Assembly: GCA_905178155.1 (NCBI GenBank)
Contig: CAJINV010000004.1
Span: 8,702,882-8,766,881, forward strand
Direction of reading: 5' to 3'
DNA length: 64,000 nucleotides
Origin: Amoebophrya sp. A120
Lineage: Eukaryota > Protista > Dinoflagellata
The translations under genes and the position numbers were made by a program. Of this stretch, positions 11,436 to 26,036 are shown piece after piece. Each line of letters opens with the position of its first letter. The first letter of the stretch is position 1. Under the pieces are notes generated by a model. The model was given only the letters and a program-made list of their open reading frames with translations, did no database searches and was not told the origin of the DNA.

Positions 11436-12758
11436 GTTTTTCAAATTTTTATGCTTTTACTATTTTTATCTTGTTATGCTGAAGAGGAATCTGTAACGAA
11501 AAACAGGCACTGTAGAATGCGAAAATTTGTGATGCAAAAGCAACAACTTTTACTGCACGCAGAGGATATTAGTCGCGGCGCTCCTCGTTGGCGACTGGAA
11601 CTGGGAGGGGCGCAGCTGTTCGTGGTGGTTGTTGCGGCGGCTCCTCGGCGGTGTGCTACTTAATTTCGAGATCGAAAAATTAGTAGTAAACCTAAAAAAA
11701 TTGCAAAAGTAAATTAGCTCTACAGCGTGGGGACGCTTGTACTGGAATAAATTTTCAAGGTGTAAGCCGTTACGTTGGGCTCATAACTCTTGGAAGGAAA
11801 ACGTGTGAACACCTTGACCCTCCAAGAGTAGAACGGTACAACGACGGACGAAGTAGGAAACTAGTGGGATACCACTTGAGTCGGGGCACCACTTTGTATC
11901 CTGCGTACAGACAGTATTCACGATGGTAGCACGACACTAGCATGATGCTACGACTACTAGACACGATACTACCATGCTACGACAGACGATACTTCTTGTG
12001 TCATACCGAATATAGGCCTAGTGCTGGCGTGAACGATGTGAGTACGATACCGATGACGATTCGGGACACGACTAGAGCTACTACCGATGGAGGGACGTTT
12101 TTGTGTCACTTTGTATCATTTCTTACAGGCAAAAGAACAACGGACCGCACCCATGGTTTTACTTTAGTATCGTCTTATATGTGAATTGTACTAGGTGCTT
12201 GCTCTTACTAGCAATTTCTTTTTCGTGAATTGTATTAGATCATCTGATTGCTCCAACAGAAATTCCTTTACATCAAGTGAGTCTTTCCCTACTGTAGGGT
12301 TGCGGAGTTCTTTTCATGCGAAGTAGTCTTTACGTTTTTCGGCAACTGTTAATAGCCGAGAACCCTTTGTAGACTCGACGCGTCCAAGAAAAAAACGGTG
12401 TTGTTGAATTGCAAAAAAAACCTATGGGCCGATGACTGTGTGCAGAGGATCTACGGGTCCCGACTTTCTCAAGCCAACCGACAGGCGCGCAGAATTCTTC
12501 GGCACGTAGCACCTTGCGCTTATTTTTCATTTTGGCAGTTTTCTTGTTGGTCCGGTGGTCTTTTCATTTTTGATCTTGATCCCTTCAGCAGGAAACACGT
12601 ACTCCTTGTCCTGCCAGGCCTGCTTCAGATCTCTTGCGGGATGGTCTTTTTTCTCTACTAGAAGTAAAACAAATCGAGGAACGACGTTGACTAGGCAGTA
12701 GATGAGAAGGTGATCTTCGTTCAACATGCTTTATTTCATAATACACGGATTATATTAA

Positions 12759-13929
12759 GGTCGCGCCCGGAGGGCGATATTGGTAACCAAATGCGTGCGC
12801 GAAAATCTAACCAGCGCGAAGGCCCACCAACCTTTTTCTAACATCGCAGCGGGGCATCCTTTCTAGCCCCCTGCATGACAAACTGGCCACCTGGCCGGGA
12901 AGGTATGTGGGTCATCGGGGGCTTCCGGATTCGCATTCAAAGCTTATCGCAGGACAACTACTGTCGCCCGCGTCGGCCCGCAGGCTCCTGCGATAAGCAT
13001 TGAAGGCGAAATCCGGTCTGCTATTTCGCAGCGGGCCATCCTTTCGATGCCCCTTGAAACAAAGTAGCCTTCTCTGAGGGCCACTATGCCGTCCCACATA
13101 ACGTTCTGCACGAGGGCACGCTGGCCAGGTAAAATGCATGAATTTCAAAAAGTGACGCACTTCTGTTCATTTCCGGCTGGCCTTTTGGGCAACCCAGATC
13201 GGGCTTTTCCAAGCGGGGGAAGGGTTCCAGTTTGCGACCTCAAAGAGGTCGAAAACCGTGCCCGTGTGACACACCTCCACAGGCTTGATAATTGGTTTTT
13301 CTTCGTCCAATCCTGGTGGTCCGGGCCTGCGGAAAATTTTGCGAACCCCTTTTGAGCGGCAATTTCCAAGCGGCTTTTGCTTTTTCAGAAAAAGTTGCCA
13401 TTTTCAATTTTCAAGCGGTTTCCGGGGGCTGGAGAAAATCGGTAAATTTTGTCGGCCGCTTATATGCTGCGAAAAATTGCATTTTTTCAACGCTTTTTTT
13501 CAATTTCCAAGCGGCTGGAGTTGCCCGGAGGTGGCGCGTTTTTCGCTACAAAACCCATCACACCGTCGGCCCTTGCCGAAAATGCAACTATCTTTTTTGA
13601 GATTCAGACCGGGCGGAGCTGCAAAATGCTCTTTTTTACCCTTTTCCCACTTGATAATTGCTGTTTTGGTTGCTTTCGGTTAAATTCCCAGAAATTCTGC
13701 CTGATCCGCTTTCTGAAGGCAAAACACACTTGGAAATGCCCGATTTTGCCAGTGATTGCATACTCCCGAATTCCTCCCATATGGCAACGGCAAAGCCTTC
13801 GCGCTGCGTTTGCGATGGATGAGCATCTCGCAAAGAGCGCTTTGCGCGCGGGCAAGCCCGCGCGCAAAGCGCTCTTGCGAGCGCTTGCGCACGCTTTGGT
13901 TACCAGATCACAATCCGAAGACGTAACCA
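12759..13929. mobile_element. Putative non-autonomous element with degenerate inverted ends (one per tandem unit)
   Basis: tggtaaccaaatgcgtgcgc (~12781) vs gcgcacgctttggttacca (~13887); internal tt(c)caagcgg repeats; perfect 21-bp-stem hairpin at 13833-13876. Confidence 0.45.
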
Positions 13930-14522
13930 AGTACAAGGAAAGAAACACGGCACATCGCTTCTCCATCGAGGTTGTAAGTGTGGAGGCCCCTGCGCTCCGT
14001 CCGGGCATGCGCCTGCTATCAATATTTCATGTTTCATTTCATCTACGCTTGTTACGACCTGAATATGGTTTTTTGATGACGGCTTTATTCGGACTCCTTC
14101 TACCGATGTATTTTGTCATCGGGCTTCTTGCCATCATACACGAGAGCATCAGTTCATCATACAACAGGGGGACATCAAATAAACCACATGCGCGAAAGAT
14201 TTTGCGAAATAAAAAGACACTTCATCTCTACCACCGGATGGCAAGTGGAAGTGGTTCTAGAAATAATTCTGTAGTAGACAAAAAACTTCGAAGCCTGCGG
14301 AGTGCGTCGACTCTGATTTTCTAACCTGCAACCATTTCGAAGAGGTGTGGTGTTGAAATTCAAATTGCGTTCGCGATGGAAGGTTCTTGTAAAATGAAAC
14401 GATCTCCATGGGTTCGTCATCGTCTCGGGGCACGAATTAAAATTGAATGATGTTTATGCGTGGCCTGGGCTTCTGCACCTTGTTCCAAAAATAGATACTT
14501 CAGGCACAATCGGTGTAGAAGT

Positions 14523-17197
14523 TCACTGTAGATACTCTTCCCACATGGCCAACAGCTCGTCGATCTTTTCCTTGGTAACGTGCTCCATGGTAAAGACGTG
14601 GATGTGCGCGTGCTTGTTCGCTTTGTCCTTGCTGGTCACCTGCACATACTCGGGGAAGGGCGCCAGATGGAACTTTCGGAACAGCTCCTTCGGCGGGAGG
14701 GGGCACATGACGCACATCACGCCCGGCGGGTGCCACGCGTCAAAGGGAAGCGCGTTTTTCCACAAATTGATTTTTCTTGTACAAGATGTATTTGAGTCAT
14801 TTTCGCCGTGGTGCCTCCTCTTGTTCAACTCCGAAACGAAATAATCCGCGGTTTCCAGGCACTTCCTCGTTCTTTCCACCATGTTTTCGAAGAAATTCTT
14901 TTCCATCAACTCCTTCAGCACGATGAAGGGCGCTAGCCCGTTCCGGGACCCCGTCAACGTGGTGTCCGGCGAGCCGATCTCAACTGCAAATATGTCTGGG
15001 TCTGGAAACTTGTGGTGCTGACAGTTGCAACACAGGATGGCCGCTTGTACGGTATAACAGCATGAGAAGCTTTCCTCGGCTTCTTCTGCATTCATTCGTA
15101 AATAAGTAGCACGACAAACTGTCTTCCAGCACGACAAAAAAAATCGCAAATCCTCTTCATGCATCACAGATCCAGCTGTCCTTCAAATTTCGCATCACAA
15201 ATCCAGACCCAGACATATTTGCAATGCATAGCCGATGTAAGCCACGTAGTGGTGCTCCCGCATCTCCTTCATGCGGCACTGCCGCAGCAAGTAGATCGAG
15301 CAGGGGAACGGCGTCCCCAAGCGCTTGTGGAAACTCGTGGCCTGGGAATCGACGAGCTCGTTGCTCACGTCGCAGTCTTTGTAATAAACCCGGCCTTCCA
15401 GAACGTCATGGCTCCTCTCAGTCTCGTCGCCCGTGGAACTTGCGTCGCGAGCTTGCCTCGCGCGCGCGCGTCGCGTCTGCGTCGCGTTGCGACGCGCGCA
15501 GGCGCGCGCCTGCGCAACGCGCCAGCGCGACGCAGCAGCAGCAGACAGCAAAGTGTCTACCTCTTGCCGCGGCCCAACATGCAGTTCGGCTTCTCGCGTA
15601 GACGTTTTTGCATTCAAGATCGGCGTGATAAATCCCCCGAGGGCTGCGTCCAGGTGGATGAAAACCCGGTTCCGCTTTAACTGCAAATCCTTGTAGAGCA
15701 CTTCCGCCAGTGCCGTTACGTCGTCGATCGCGCCCGTGCGGACGGACCCGCTGCACGCAACCAGGATAAAGGCCGGGGTGAAGGACGGGTGCTTTTTCTG
15801 CTGCGCAGCAGAAGTCGCAGAACAAACTCCAGTGTCACCGGCAACTCCAGGGTCAGAAGTCGTACAACAAACTCCATGATTCGGCAACCAACCACCAGCC
15901 GCGGAAGCCTTCTCCTGCACTTTTCGTATTACAATGAAAAATGCCCCCACCCCCGAACTTGAAAGCATTTGGATTGCAAACTTTTCCAAATGAAACATTC
16001 GCCCTCTTGCGTGTATCAGCATCACAGATTTCCGATCGTGAATGGCAAAAATTTGTATTGCAAACGATCCCAGCAAGAGCGGCGCCTGTCATGCAAGCGA
16101 TGCAAAACACGACTAGAATCTGCATCAGAAAGATTCACGCTCCTTTCATGCATGACAAAAAGTTTTCATTTGGAAACTTCGCATCACAAATTTTTGCAAT
16201 TTCAGGGGTGGGGGGCATTTTTCACTGTGATATTTCGCCGCAGGTCTTCCGGGTCCATCCGGCCCTCCGCGTCCACCTCGACCAGCAAAGCCTCCACGCC
16301 CACCAGGTCGGCGGCTTTGGTGACGCTGTAGTGCGAGTCCGCCGCGCAGAGGCAGAAGATACGCAGCGGGGGACGCGCTGAGGCAGAAGATACGATCGCT
16401 GAGAGATCGGAAGACTTAATAGTAGTTGTACTAGTTTTCATCTTTTCTTCTTCAACATCTTCTCCTTCCTGTTGCCACATTTGCTGCAGCCAGCGGCGCG
16501 CGTTGTAGATCGCAAAGATGTTGGACTCCGACGAGCCGTGGGTAATGTACCCCCAGAACCTTTCCGGGTCCACCCGGTACAGCATTTTACACAGCAAGTT
16601 GATGGCCTGCACCTCCTCGTCAAATGTTTGTACGTACGCGTTTTTGCCCGTGTACGGGTCCCCCAAGTTGTTGCAGCAGTTGCCCAACAGGGGCCAGTAC
16701 TTGGTTAAATCGTGCACGTCCATATTCATTTGGATGCCGAGGCAGTTTTTGCTCTCGGCAACGTTTTTTTCGTAAAACTTGGTTGCAGACGGGTCGGCGG
16801 CGGGAGGTGTTCGTGAGAGCCGGTCGCGCTGCTCATCGCCCGGCTGCTTGGTACTAGTATCCCCGACTACTTCGCGGGCCTGGTCGGCAGTGCCAGTAAA
16901 CAGGATAGCATTACCATTGCTGGTAGCGCAGCAACCTTTTGCCTCGTCCCCGTCGTTCATTTCATCGAGGTCGCAGGCAGCTTCTAAGGCACATTCCATG
17001 GGCGAGACGGTAGAGTCCGTCTTACGCAGCGTGAAGAAATTTCGACGCTTCAGCATGAATCCACTCGAGGACACCAATTTGCCCCCAGTGAATTTTCCTC
17101 CCTTCATCTTGTCGCCCTGCTCTCCGAGGGGCTTGGACGAAGGGGCGGACTCGTCGTCGTTTTTCCGATTAGTGATTTTTGTTTTTGTGTTTTTCAT
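14523..17197 (-). CDS. PLP-dependent decarboxylase, copy 2
   Basis: Same as copy 1 except F->I (TPFL->TPIL) from SNP at 15620. Confidence 0.88.
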
Positions 17198-20100
17198 GTT
17201 TTTCAAATTTTTATGCTTTTACTATTTTTATCTTGTTATGCTGAAGAGGAATCTGTAACGAAAAACAGGCACTGTAGAATGCGAAAATTTGTGATGCAAA
17301 AGCAACAACTTTTACTGCACGCAGAGGATATTAGTCGCGGCGCTCCTCGTTGGCGACTGGAACTGGGAGGGGCGCAGCTGTTCGTGGTGGTTGTTGCGGC
17401 GGCTCCTCGGCGGTGTGCTACTTAATTTCGAGATCGAAAAATTAGTAGTAAACCTAAAAAAATTGCAAAAGTAAATTAGCTCTACAGCGTGGGGACGCTT
17501 GTACTGGAATAAATTTTCAAGGTGTAAGCCGTTACGTTGGGCTCATAACTCTTGGAAGGAAAACGTGTGAACACCTTGACCCTCCAAGAGTAGAACGGTA
17601 CAACGACGGACGAAGTAGGAAACTAGTGGGATACCACTTGAGTCGGGGCACCACTTTGTATCCTGCGTACAGACAGTATTCACGATGGTAGCACGACATT
17701 AGCATGATGCTACGACTACTAGACACGATACTACCATGCTACGACAGACGATACTTCTTGTGTCATACCGATTATAGGCCTAGTGCTGGCGTGAACGATG
17801 TGAGTACGATACCGATGACGATTCGGGACACGACTAGAGCTACTACCGATGGAGGGTCGTTTTTGTGTCACTTTGTATCATTTCTTACAGGCAAAAGAAC
17901 AACGGACCGCACCCATGGTTTTACTTTAGTATCGTCTTATATGTGAATTGTACTAGGTGCTTGCTCTTACTAGCAATTTCTTTTTCGTGAATTGTATTAG
18001 ATCATCTGATTGCTCCAACAGAAATTCCTTTACATCAAGTGAGTCTTTCCCTACTGTAGGGTTGCGGAGTTCTTTTCATGCGAAGTAGTCTTTACGTTTT
18101 TCGGCAACTGTTAATAGCCGAGAACCCTTTGTAGACTCGACGCGTCCAAGAAAAAATCGGTGTTGTTGAATTGCAAAAAAAACCTATGGGCCGATGACTG
18201 TGTGCAGAGGATCTACGGGTCCCGACTTTCTCAAGCCAACCGACAGGCGCGCAGAATTCTTCGGCACGTAGCACCTTGCGCTTATTTTTCATTTTGGCAG
18301 TTTTCTTGTTGGTCCGGTGGTCTTTTCATTTTTGATCTTGATCCCTTCAGCAGGAAACACGTACTCCTTGTCCTGCCAGGCCTGCTTCAGATCTCTTGCG
18401 GGATGGTCTTTTTTCTCTACTAGAAGTAAAACAAATCGAGGAACGACGTTGACTAGGCAGTAGATGAGAAGGTGATCTTCGTTCAACATGCTTTATTTCA
18501 TAATACACGGATTATATTAAGGTCGCGCCCGGAGGGCGATATTGGTAACCAAATGCGTGCGCGAAAATCTAACCAGCGCGAAGGCCCACCAACCTTTTTC
18601 TAACATCGCAGCGGGGCATCCTTTCTAGCCCCCTGCATGACAAACTGGCCACCTGGCCGGGAAGGTATGTGGGTCATCGGGGGCTTCCGGATTCGCATTC
18701 AAAGCTTATCGCAGGACAACTACTGTCGCCCGCGTCGGCCCGCAGGCTCCTGCGATAAGCATTGAAGGCGAAATCCGGTCTGCTATTTCGCAGCGGGCCA
18801 TCCTTTCGATGCCCCTTGAAACAAAGTAGCCTTCTCTGAGGGCCACTATGCCGTCCCACATAACGTTCTGCACGAGGGCACGCTGGCCAGGTAAAATGCA
18901 TGAATTTCAAAAAGTGACGCACTTCTGTTCATTTCCGGCTGGCCTTTTGGGCAACCCAGATCGGGCTTTTCCAAGCGGGGGAAGGGTTCCAGTTTGCGAC
19001 CTCAAAGAGGTCGAAAACCGTGCCCGTGTGACACACCTCCACAGGCTTGATAATTGGTTTTTCTTCGTCCAATCCTGGTGGTCCGGGCCTGCGGAAAATT
19101 TTGCGAACCCCTTTTGAGCGGCAATTTCCAAGCGGCTTTTGCTTTTTCAGAAAAAGTTGCCATTTTCAATTTTCAAGCGGTTTCCGGGGGCTGGAGAAAA
19201 TCGGTAAATTTTGTCGGCCGCTTATATGCTGCGAAAAATTGCATTTTTTCAACGCTTTTTTTCAATTTCCAAGCGGCTGGAGTTGCCCGGAGGTGGCGCG
19301 TTTTTCGCTACAAAACCCATCACACCGTCGGCCCTTGCCGAAAATGCAACTATCTTTTTTGAGATTCAGACCGGGCGGAGCTGCAAAATGCTCTTTTTTA
19401 CCCTTTTCCCACTTGATAATTGCTGTTTTGGTTGCTTTCGGTTAAATTCCCAGAAATTCTGCCTGATCCGCTTTCTGAAGGCAAAACACACTTGGAAATG
19501 CCCGATTTTGCCAGTGATTGCATACTCCCGAATTCCTCCCATATGGCAACGGCAAAGCCTTCGCGCTGCGTTTGCGATGGATGAGCATCTCGCAAAGAGC
19601 GCTTTGCGCGCGGGCAAGCCCGCGCGCAAAGCGCTCTTGCGAGCGCTTGCGCACGCTTTGGTTACCAGATCACAATCCGAAGACGTAACCAAGTACAAGG
19701 AAAGAAACACGGCACATCGCTTCTCCATCGAGGTTGTAAGTGTGGAGGCCCCTGCGCTCCGTCCGGGCATGCGCCTGCTATCAATATTTCATGTTTCATT
19801 TCATCTACGCTTGTTACGACCTGAATATGGTTTTTTGATGACGGCTTTATTCGGACTCCTTCTACCGATGTATTTTGTCATCGGGCTTCTTGCCATCATA
19901 CACGAGAGCATCAGTTCATCATACAACAGGGGGACATCAAATAAACCACATGCGCGAAAGATTTTGCGAAATAAAAAGACACTTCATCTCTACCACCGGA
20001 TGGCAAGTGGAAGTGGTTCTAGAAATAATTCTGTAGTAGACAAAAAACTTCGAAGCCTGCGGAGTGCGTCGACTCTGATTTTCTAACCTGCAACCATTTC

Positions 20101-20284
20101 GAAGAGGTGTGGTGTTGAAATTCAAATTGCGTTCGCGATGGAAGGTTCTTGTAAAATGAAACGATCTCCATGGGTTCGTCATCGTCTCGGGGCACGAATT
20201 AAAATTGAATGATGTTTATGCGTGGCCTGGGCTTCTGCACCTTGTTCCAAAAATAGATACTTCAGGCACAATCGGTGTAGAAGT

Positions 20285-22959
20285 TCACTGTAGATACTCT
20301 TCCCACATGGCCAACAGCTCGTCGATCTTTTCCTTGGTAACGTGCTCCATGGTAAAGACGTGGATGTGCGCGTGCTTGTTCGCTTTGTCCTTGCTGGTCA
20401 CCTGCACATACTCGGGGAAGGGCGCCAGATGGAACTTTCGGAACAGCTCCTTCGGCGGGAGGGGGCACATGACGCACATCACGCCCGGCGGGTGCCACGC
20501 GTCAAAGGGAAGCGCGTTTTTCCACAAATTGATTTTTCTTGTACAAGATGTATTTGAGTCATTTTCGCCGTGGTGCCTCCTCTTGTTCAACTCCGAAACG
20601 AAATAATCCGCGGTTTCCAGGCACTTCCTCGTTCTTTCCACCATGTTTTCGAAGAAATTCTTTTCCATCAACTCCTTCAGCACGATGAAGGGCGCTAGCC
20701 CGTTCCGGGACCCCGTCAACGTGGTGTCCGGCGAGCCGATCTCAACTGCAAATATGTCTGGGTCTGGAAACTTGTGGTGCTGACAGTTGCAACACAGGAT
20801 GGCCGCTTGTACGGTATAACAGCATGAGAAGCTTTCCTCGGCTTCTTCTGCATTCATTCGTAAATAAGTAGCACGACAAACTGTCTTCCAGCACGACAAA
20901 AAAAATCGCAAATCCTCTTCATGCATCACAGATCCAGCTGTCCTTCAAATTTCGCATCACAAATCCAGACCCAGACATATTTGCAATGCATAGCCGATGT
21001 AAGCCACGTAGTGGTGCTCCCGCATCTCCTTCATGCGGCACTGCCGCAGCAAGTAGATCGAGCAGGGGAACGGCGTCCCCAAGCGCTTGTGGAAACTCGT
21101 GGCCTGGGAATCGACGAGCTCGTTGCTCACGTCGCAGTCTTTGTAATAAACCCGGCCTTCCAGAACGTCATGGCTCCTCTCAGTCTCGTCGCCCGTGGAA
21201 CTTGCGTCGCGAGCTTGCCTCGCGCGCGCGCGTCGCGTCTGCGTCGCGTTGCGACGCGCGCAGGCGCGCGCCTGCGCAACGCGCCAGCGCGACGCAGCAG
21301 CAGCAGACAGCAAAGTGTCTACCTCTTGCCGCGGCCCAACATGCAGTTCGGCTTCTCGCGTAGACGTTTTTGCATTCAAGAACGGCGTGATAAATCCCCC
21401 GAGGGCTGCGTCCAGGTGGATGAAAACCCGGTTCCGCTTTAACTGCAAATCCTTGTAGAGCACTTCCGCCAGTGCCGTTACGTCGTCGATCGCGCCCGTG
21501 CGGACGGACCCGCTGCACGCAACCAGGATAAAGGCCGGGGTGAAGGACGGGTGCTTTTTCTGCTGCGCAGCAGAAGTCGCAGAACAAACTCCAGTGTCAC
21601 CGGCAACTCCAGGGTCAGAAGTCGTACAACAAACTCCATGATTCGGCAACCAACCACCAGCCGCGGAAGCCTTCTCCTGCACTTTTCGTATTACAATGAA
21701 AAATGCCCCCACCCCCGAACTTGAAAGCATTTGGATTGCAAACTTTTCCAAATGAAACATTCGCCCTCTTGCGTGTATCAGCATCACAGATTTCCGATCG
21801 TGAATGGCAAAAATTTGTATTGCAAACGATCCCAGCAAGAGCGGCGCCTGTCATGCAAGCGATGCAAAACACGACTAGAATCTGCATCAGAAAGATTCAC
21901 GCTCCTTTCATGCATGACAAAAAGTTTTCATTTGGAAACTTCGCATCACAAATTTTTGCAATTTCAGGGGTGGGGGGCATTTTTCACTGTGATATTTCGC
22001 CGCAGGTCTTCCGGGTCCATCCGGCCCTCCGCGTCCACCTCGACCAGCAAAGCCTCCACGCCCACCAGGTCGGCGGCTTTGGTGACGCTGTAGTGCGAGT
22101 CCGCCGCGCAGAGGCAGAAGATACGCAGCGGGGGACGCGCTGAGGCAGAAGATACGATCGCTGAGAGATCGGAAGACTTAATAGTAGTTGTACTAGTTTT
22201 CATCTTTTCTTCTTCAACATCTTCTCCTTCCTGTTGCCACATTTGCTGCAGCCAGCGGCGCGCGTTGTAGATCGCAAAGATGTTGGACTCCGACGAGCCG
22301 TGGGTAATGTACCCCCAGAACCTTTCCGGGTCCACCCGGTACAGCATTTTACACAGCAAGTTGATGGCCTGCACCTCCTCGTCAAATGTTTGTACGTACG
22401 CGTTTTTGCCCGTGTACGGGTCCCCCAAGTTGTTGCAGCAGTTGCCCAACAGGGGCCAGTACTTGGTTAAATCGTGCACGTCCATATTCATTTGGATGCC
22501 GAGGCAGTTTTTGCTCTCGGCAACGTTTTTTTCGTAAAACTTGGTTGCAGACGGGTCGGCGGCGGGAGGTGTTCGTGAGAGCCGGTCGCGCTGCTCATCG
22601 CCCGGCTGCTTGGTACTAGTATCCCCGACTACTTCGCGGGCCTGGTCGGCAGTGCCAGTAAACAGGATAGCATTACCATTGCTGGTAGCGCAGCAACCTT
22701 TTGCCTCGTCCCCGTCGTTCATTTCATCGAGGTCGCAGGCAGCTTCTAAGGCACATTCCATGGGCGAGACGGTAGAGTCCGTCTTACGCAGCGTGAAGAA
22801 ATTTCGACGCTTCAGCATGAATCCACTCGAGGACACCAATTTGCCCCCAGTGAATTTTCCTCCCTTCATCTTGTCGCCCTGCTCTCCGAGGGGCTTGGAC
22901 GAAGGGGCGGACTCGTCGTCGTTTTTCCGATTAGTGATTTTTGTTTTTGTGTTTTTCAT
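20285..22959 (-). CDS. PLP-dependent decarboxylase, copy 3
   Basis: Translation identical to copy 1. Confidence 0.88.
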
Positions 22960-25900
22960 GTTTTTCAAATTTTTATGCTTTTACTATTTTTATCTTGTTA
23001 TGCTGAAGAGGAATCTGTAACGAAAAACAGGCACTGTAGAATGCGAAAATTTGTGATGCAAAAGCAACAACTTTTACTGCACGCAGAGGATATTAGTCGC
23101 GGCGCTCCTCGTTGGCGACTGGAACTGGGAGGGGCGCAGCTGTTCGTGGTGGTTGTTGCGGCGGCTCCTCGGCGGTGTGCTACTTAATTTCGAGATCGAA
23201 AAATTAGTAGTAAACCTAAAAAAATTGCAAAAGTAAATTAGCTCTACAGCGTGGGGACGCTTGTACTGGAATAAATTTTCAAGGTGTAAGCCGTTACGTT
23301 GGGCTCATAACTCTTGGAAGGAAAACGTGTGAACACCTTGACCCTCCAAGAGTAGAACGGTACAACGACGGACGAAGTAGGAAACTAGTGGGATACCACT
23401 TGAGTCGGGGCACCACTTTGTATCCTGCGTACAGACAGTATTCACGATGGTAGCACGACACTAGCATGATGCTACGACTACTAGACACGATACTACCATG
23501 CTACGACAGACGATACTTCTTGTGTCATACCGAATATAGGCCTAGTGCTGGCGTGAACGATGTGAGTACGATACCGATGACGATTCGGGACACGACTAGA
23601 GCTACTACCGATGGAGGGACGTTTTTGTGTCACTTTGTATCATTTCTTACAGGCAAAAGAACAACGGACCGCACCCATGGTTTTACTTTAGTATCGTCTT
23701 ATATGTGAATTGTACTAGGTGCTTGCTCTTACTAGCAATTTCTTTTTCGTGAATTGTATTAGATCATCTGATTGCTCCAACAGAAATTCCTTTACATCAA
23801 GTGAGTCTTTCCCTACTGTAGGGTTGCGGAGTTCTTTTCATGCGAAGTAGTCTTTACGTTTTTCGGCAACTGTTAATAGCCGAGAACCCTTTGTAGACTC
23901 GACGCGTCCAAGAAAAAAACGGTGTTGTTGAATTGCAAAAAAAACCTATGGGCCGATGACTGTGTGCAGAGGATCTACGGGTCCCGACTTTCTCAAGCCA
24001 ACCGACAGGCGCGCAGAATTCTTCGGCACGTAGCACCTTGCGCTTATTTTTCATTTTGGCAGTTTTCTTGTTGGTCCGGTGGTCTTTTCATTTTTGATCT
24101 TGATCCCTTCAGCAGGAAACACGTACTCCTTGTCCTGCCAGGCCTGCTTCAGATCTCTTGCGGGATGGTCTTTTTTCTCTACTAGAAGTAAAACAAATCG
24201 AGGAACGACGTTGACTAGGCAGTAGATGAGAAGGTGATCTTCGTTCAACATGCTTTATTTCATAATACACGGATTATATTAAGGTCGCGCCCGGAGGGCG
24301 ATATTGGTAACCAAATGCGTGCGCGAAAATCTAACCAGCGCGAAGGCCCACCAACCTTTTTCTAACATCGCAGCGGGGCATCCTTTCTAGCCCCCTGCAT
24401 GACAAACTGGCCACCTGGCCGGGAAGGTATGTGGGTCATCGGGGGCTTCCGGATTCGCATTCAAAGCTTATCGCAGGACAACTACTGTCGCCCGCGTCGG
24501 CCCGCAGGCTCCTGCGATAAGCATTGAAGGCGAAATCCGGTCTGCTATTTCGCAGCGGGCCATCCTTTCGATGCCCCTTGAAACAAAGTAGCCTTCTCTG
24601 AGGGCCACTATGCCGTCCCACATAACGTTCTGCACGAGGGCACGCTGGCCAGGTAAAATGCATGAATTTCAAAAAGTGACGCACTTCTGTTCATTTCCGG
24701 CTGGCCTTTTGGGCAACCCAGATCGGGCTTTTCCAAGCGGGGGAAGGGTTCCAGTTTGCGACCTCAAAGAGGTCGAAAACCGTGCCCGTGTGACACACCT
24801 CCACAGGCTTGATAATTGGTTTTTCTTCGTCCAATCCTGGTGGTCCGGGCCTGCGGAAAATTTTGCGAACCCCTTTTGAGCGGCAATTTCCAAGCGGCTT
24901 TTGCTTTTTCAGAAAAAGTTGCCATTTTCAATTTTCAAGCGGTTTCCGGGGGCTGGAGAAAATCGGTAAATTTTGTCGGCCGCTTATATGCTGCGAAAAA
25001 TTGCATTTTTTCAACGCTTTTTTTCAATTTCCAAGCGGCTGGAGTTGCCCGGAGGTGGCGCGTTTTTCGCTACAAAACCCATCACACCGTCGGCCCTTGC
25101 CGAAAATGCAACTATCTTTTTTGAGATTCAGACCGGGCGGAGCTGCAAAATGCTCTTTTTTACCCTTTTCCCACTTGATAATTGCTGTTTTGGTTGCTTT
25201 CGGTTAAATTCCCAGAAATTCTGCCTGATCCGCTTTCTGAAGGCAAAACACACTTGGAAATGCCCGATTTTGCCAGTGATTGCATACTCCCGAATTCCTC
25301 CCATATGGCAACGGCAAAGCCTTCGCGCTGCGTTTGCGATGGATGAGCATCTCGCAAAGAGCGCTTTGCGCGCGGGCAAGCCCGCGCGCAAAGCGCTCTT
25401 GCGAGCGCTTGCGCACGCTTTGGTTACCAGATCACAATCCGAAGACGTAACCAAGTACAAGGAAAGAAACACGGCACATCGCTTCTCCATCGAGGTTGTA
25501 AGTGTGGAGGCCCCTGCGCTCCGTCCGGGCATGCGCCTGCTATCAATATTTCATGTTTCATTTCATCTACGCTTGTTACGACCTGAATATGGTTTTTTGA
25601 TGACGGCTTTATTCGGACTCCTTCTACCGATGTATTTTGTCATCGGGCTTCTTGCCATCATACACGAGAGCATCAGTTCATCATACAACAGGGGGACATC
25701 AAATAAACCACATGCGCGAAAGATTTTGCGAAATAAAAAGACACTTCATCTCTACCACCGGATGGCAAGTGGAAGTGGTTCTAGAAATAATTCTGTAGTA
25801 GACAAAAAACTTCGAAGCCTGCGGAGTGCGTCGACTCTGATTTTCTAACCTGCAACCATTTCGAAGAGGTGTGGTGTTGAAATTCAAATTGCGTTCGCGA

Positions 25901-26036
25901 TGGAAGGTTCTTGTAAAATGAAACGATCTTTCGTCTTGGGGCACGAATTAAAACTAAATGATGTTTATGCGTGGCCTTGGCTGCTGCACCTTGTTCCAAG
26001 AATACTAGATACTTCAGACACAATCGGTGTAGAAGT

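Larger units (their letters stand above)
8561..25929. repeat. Tandem array of three 5762-bp units
   Basis: ORF track and sequence recur at +5762 and +11524; unit 2 differs by a few SNPs (e.g. 15620, 17699, 17772). Confidence 0.97.

Noticed and set aside
13449-14324. 291-aa ORF repeated in each tandem unit
   Set aside because: Non-ATG start, crosses a repeat boundary, and the homologous flank at 7610-7830 has frame-breaking indels
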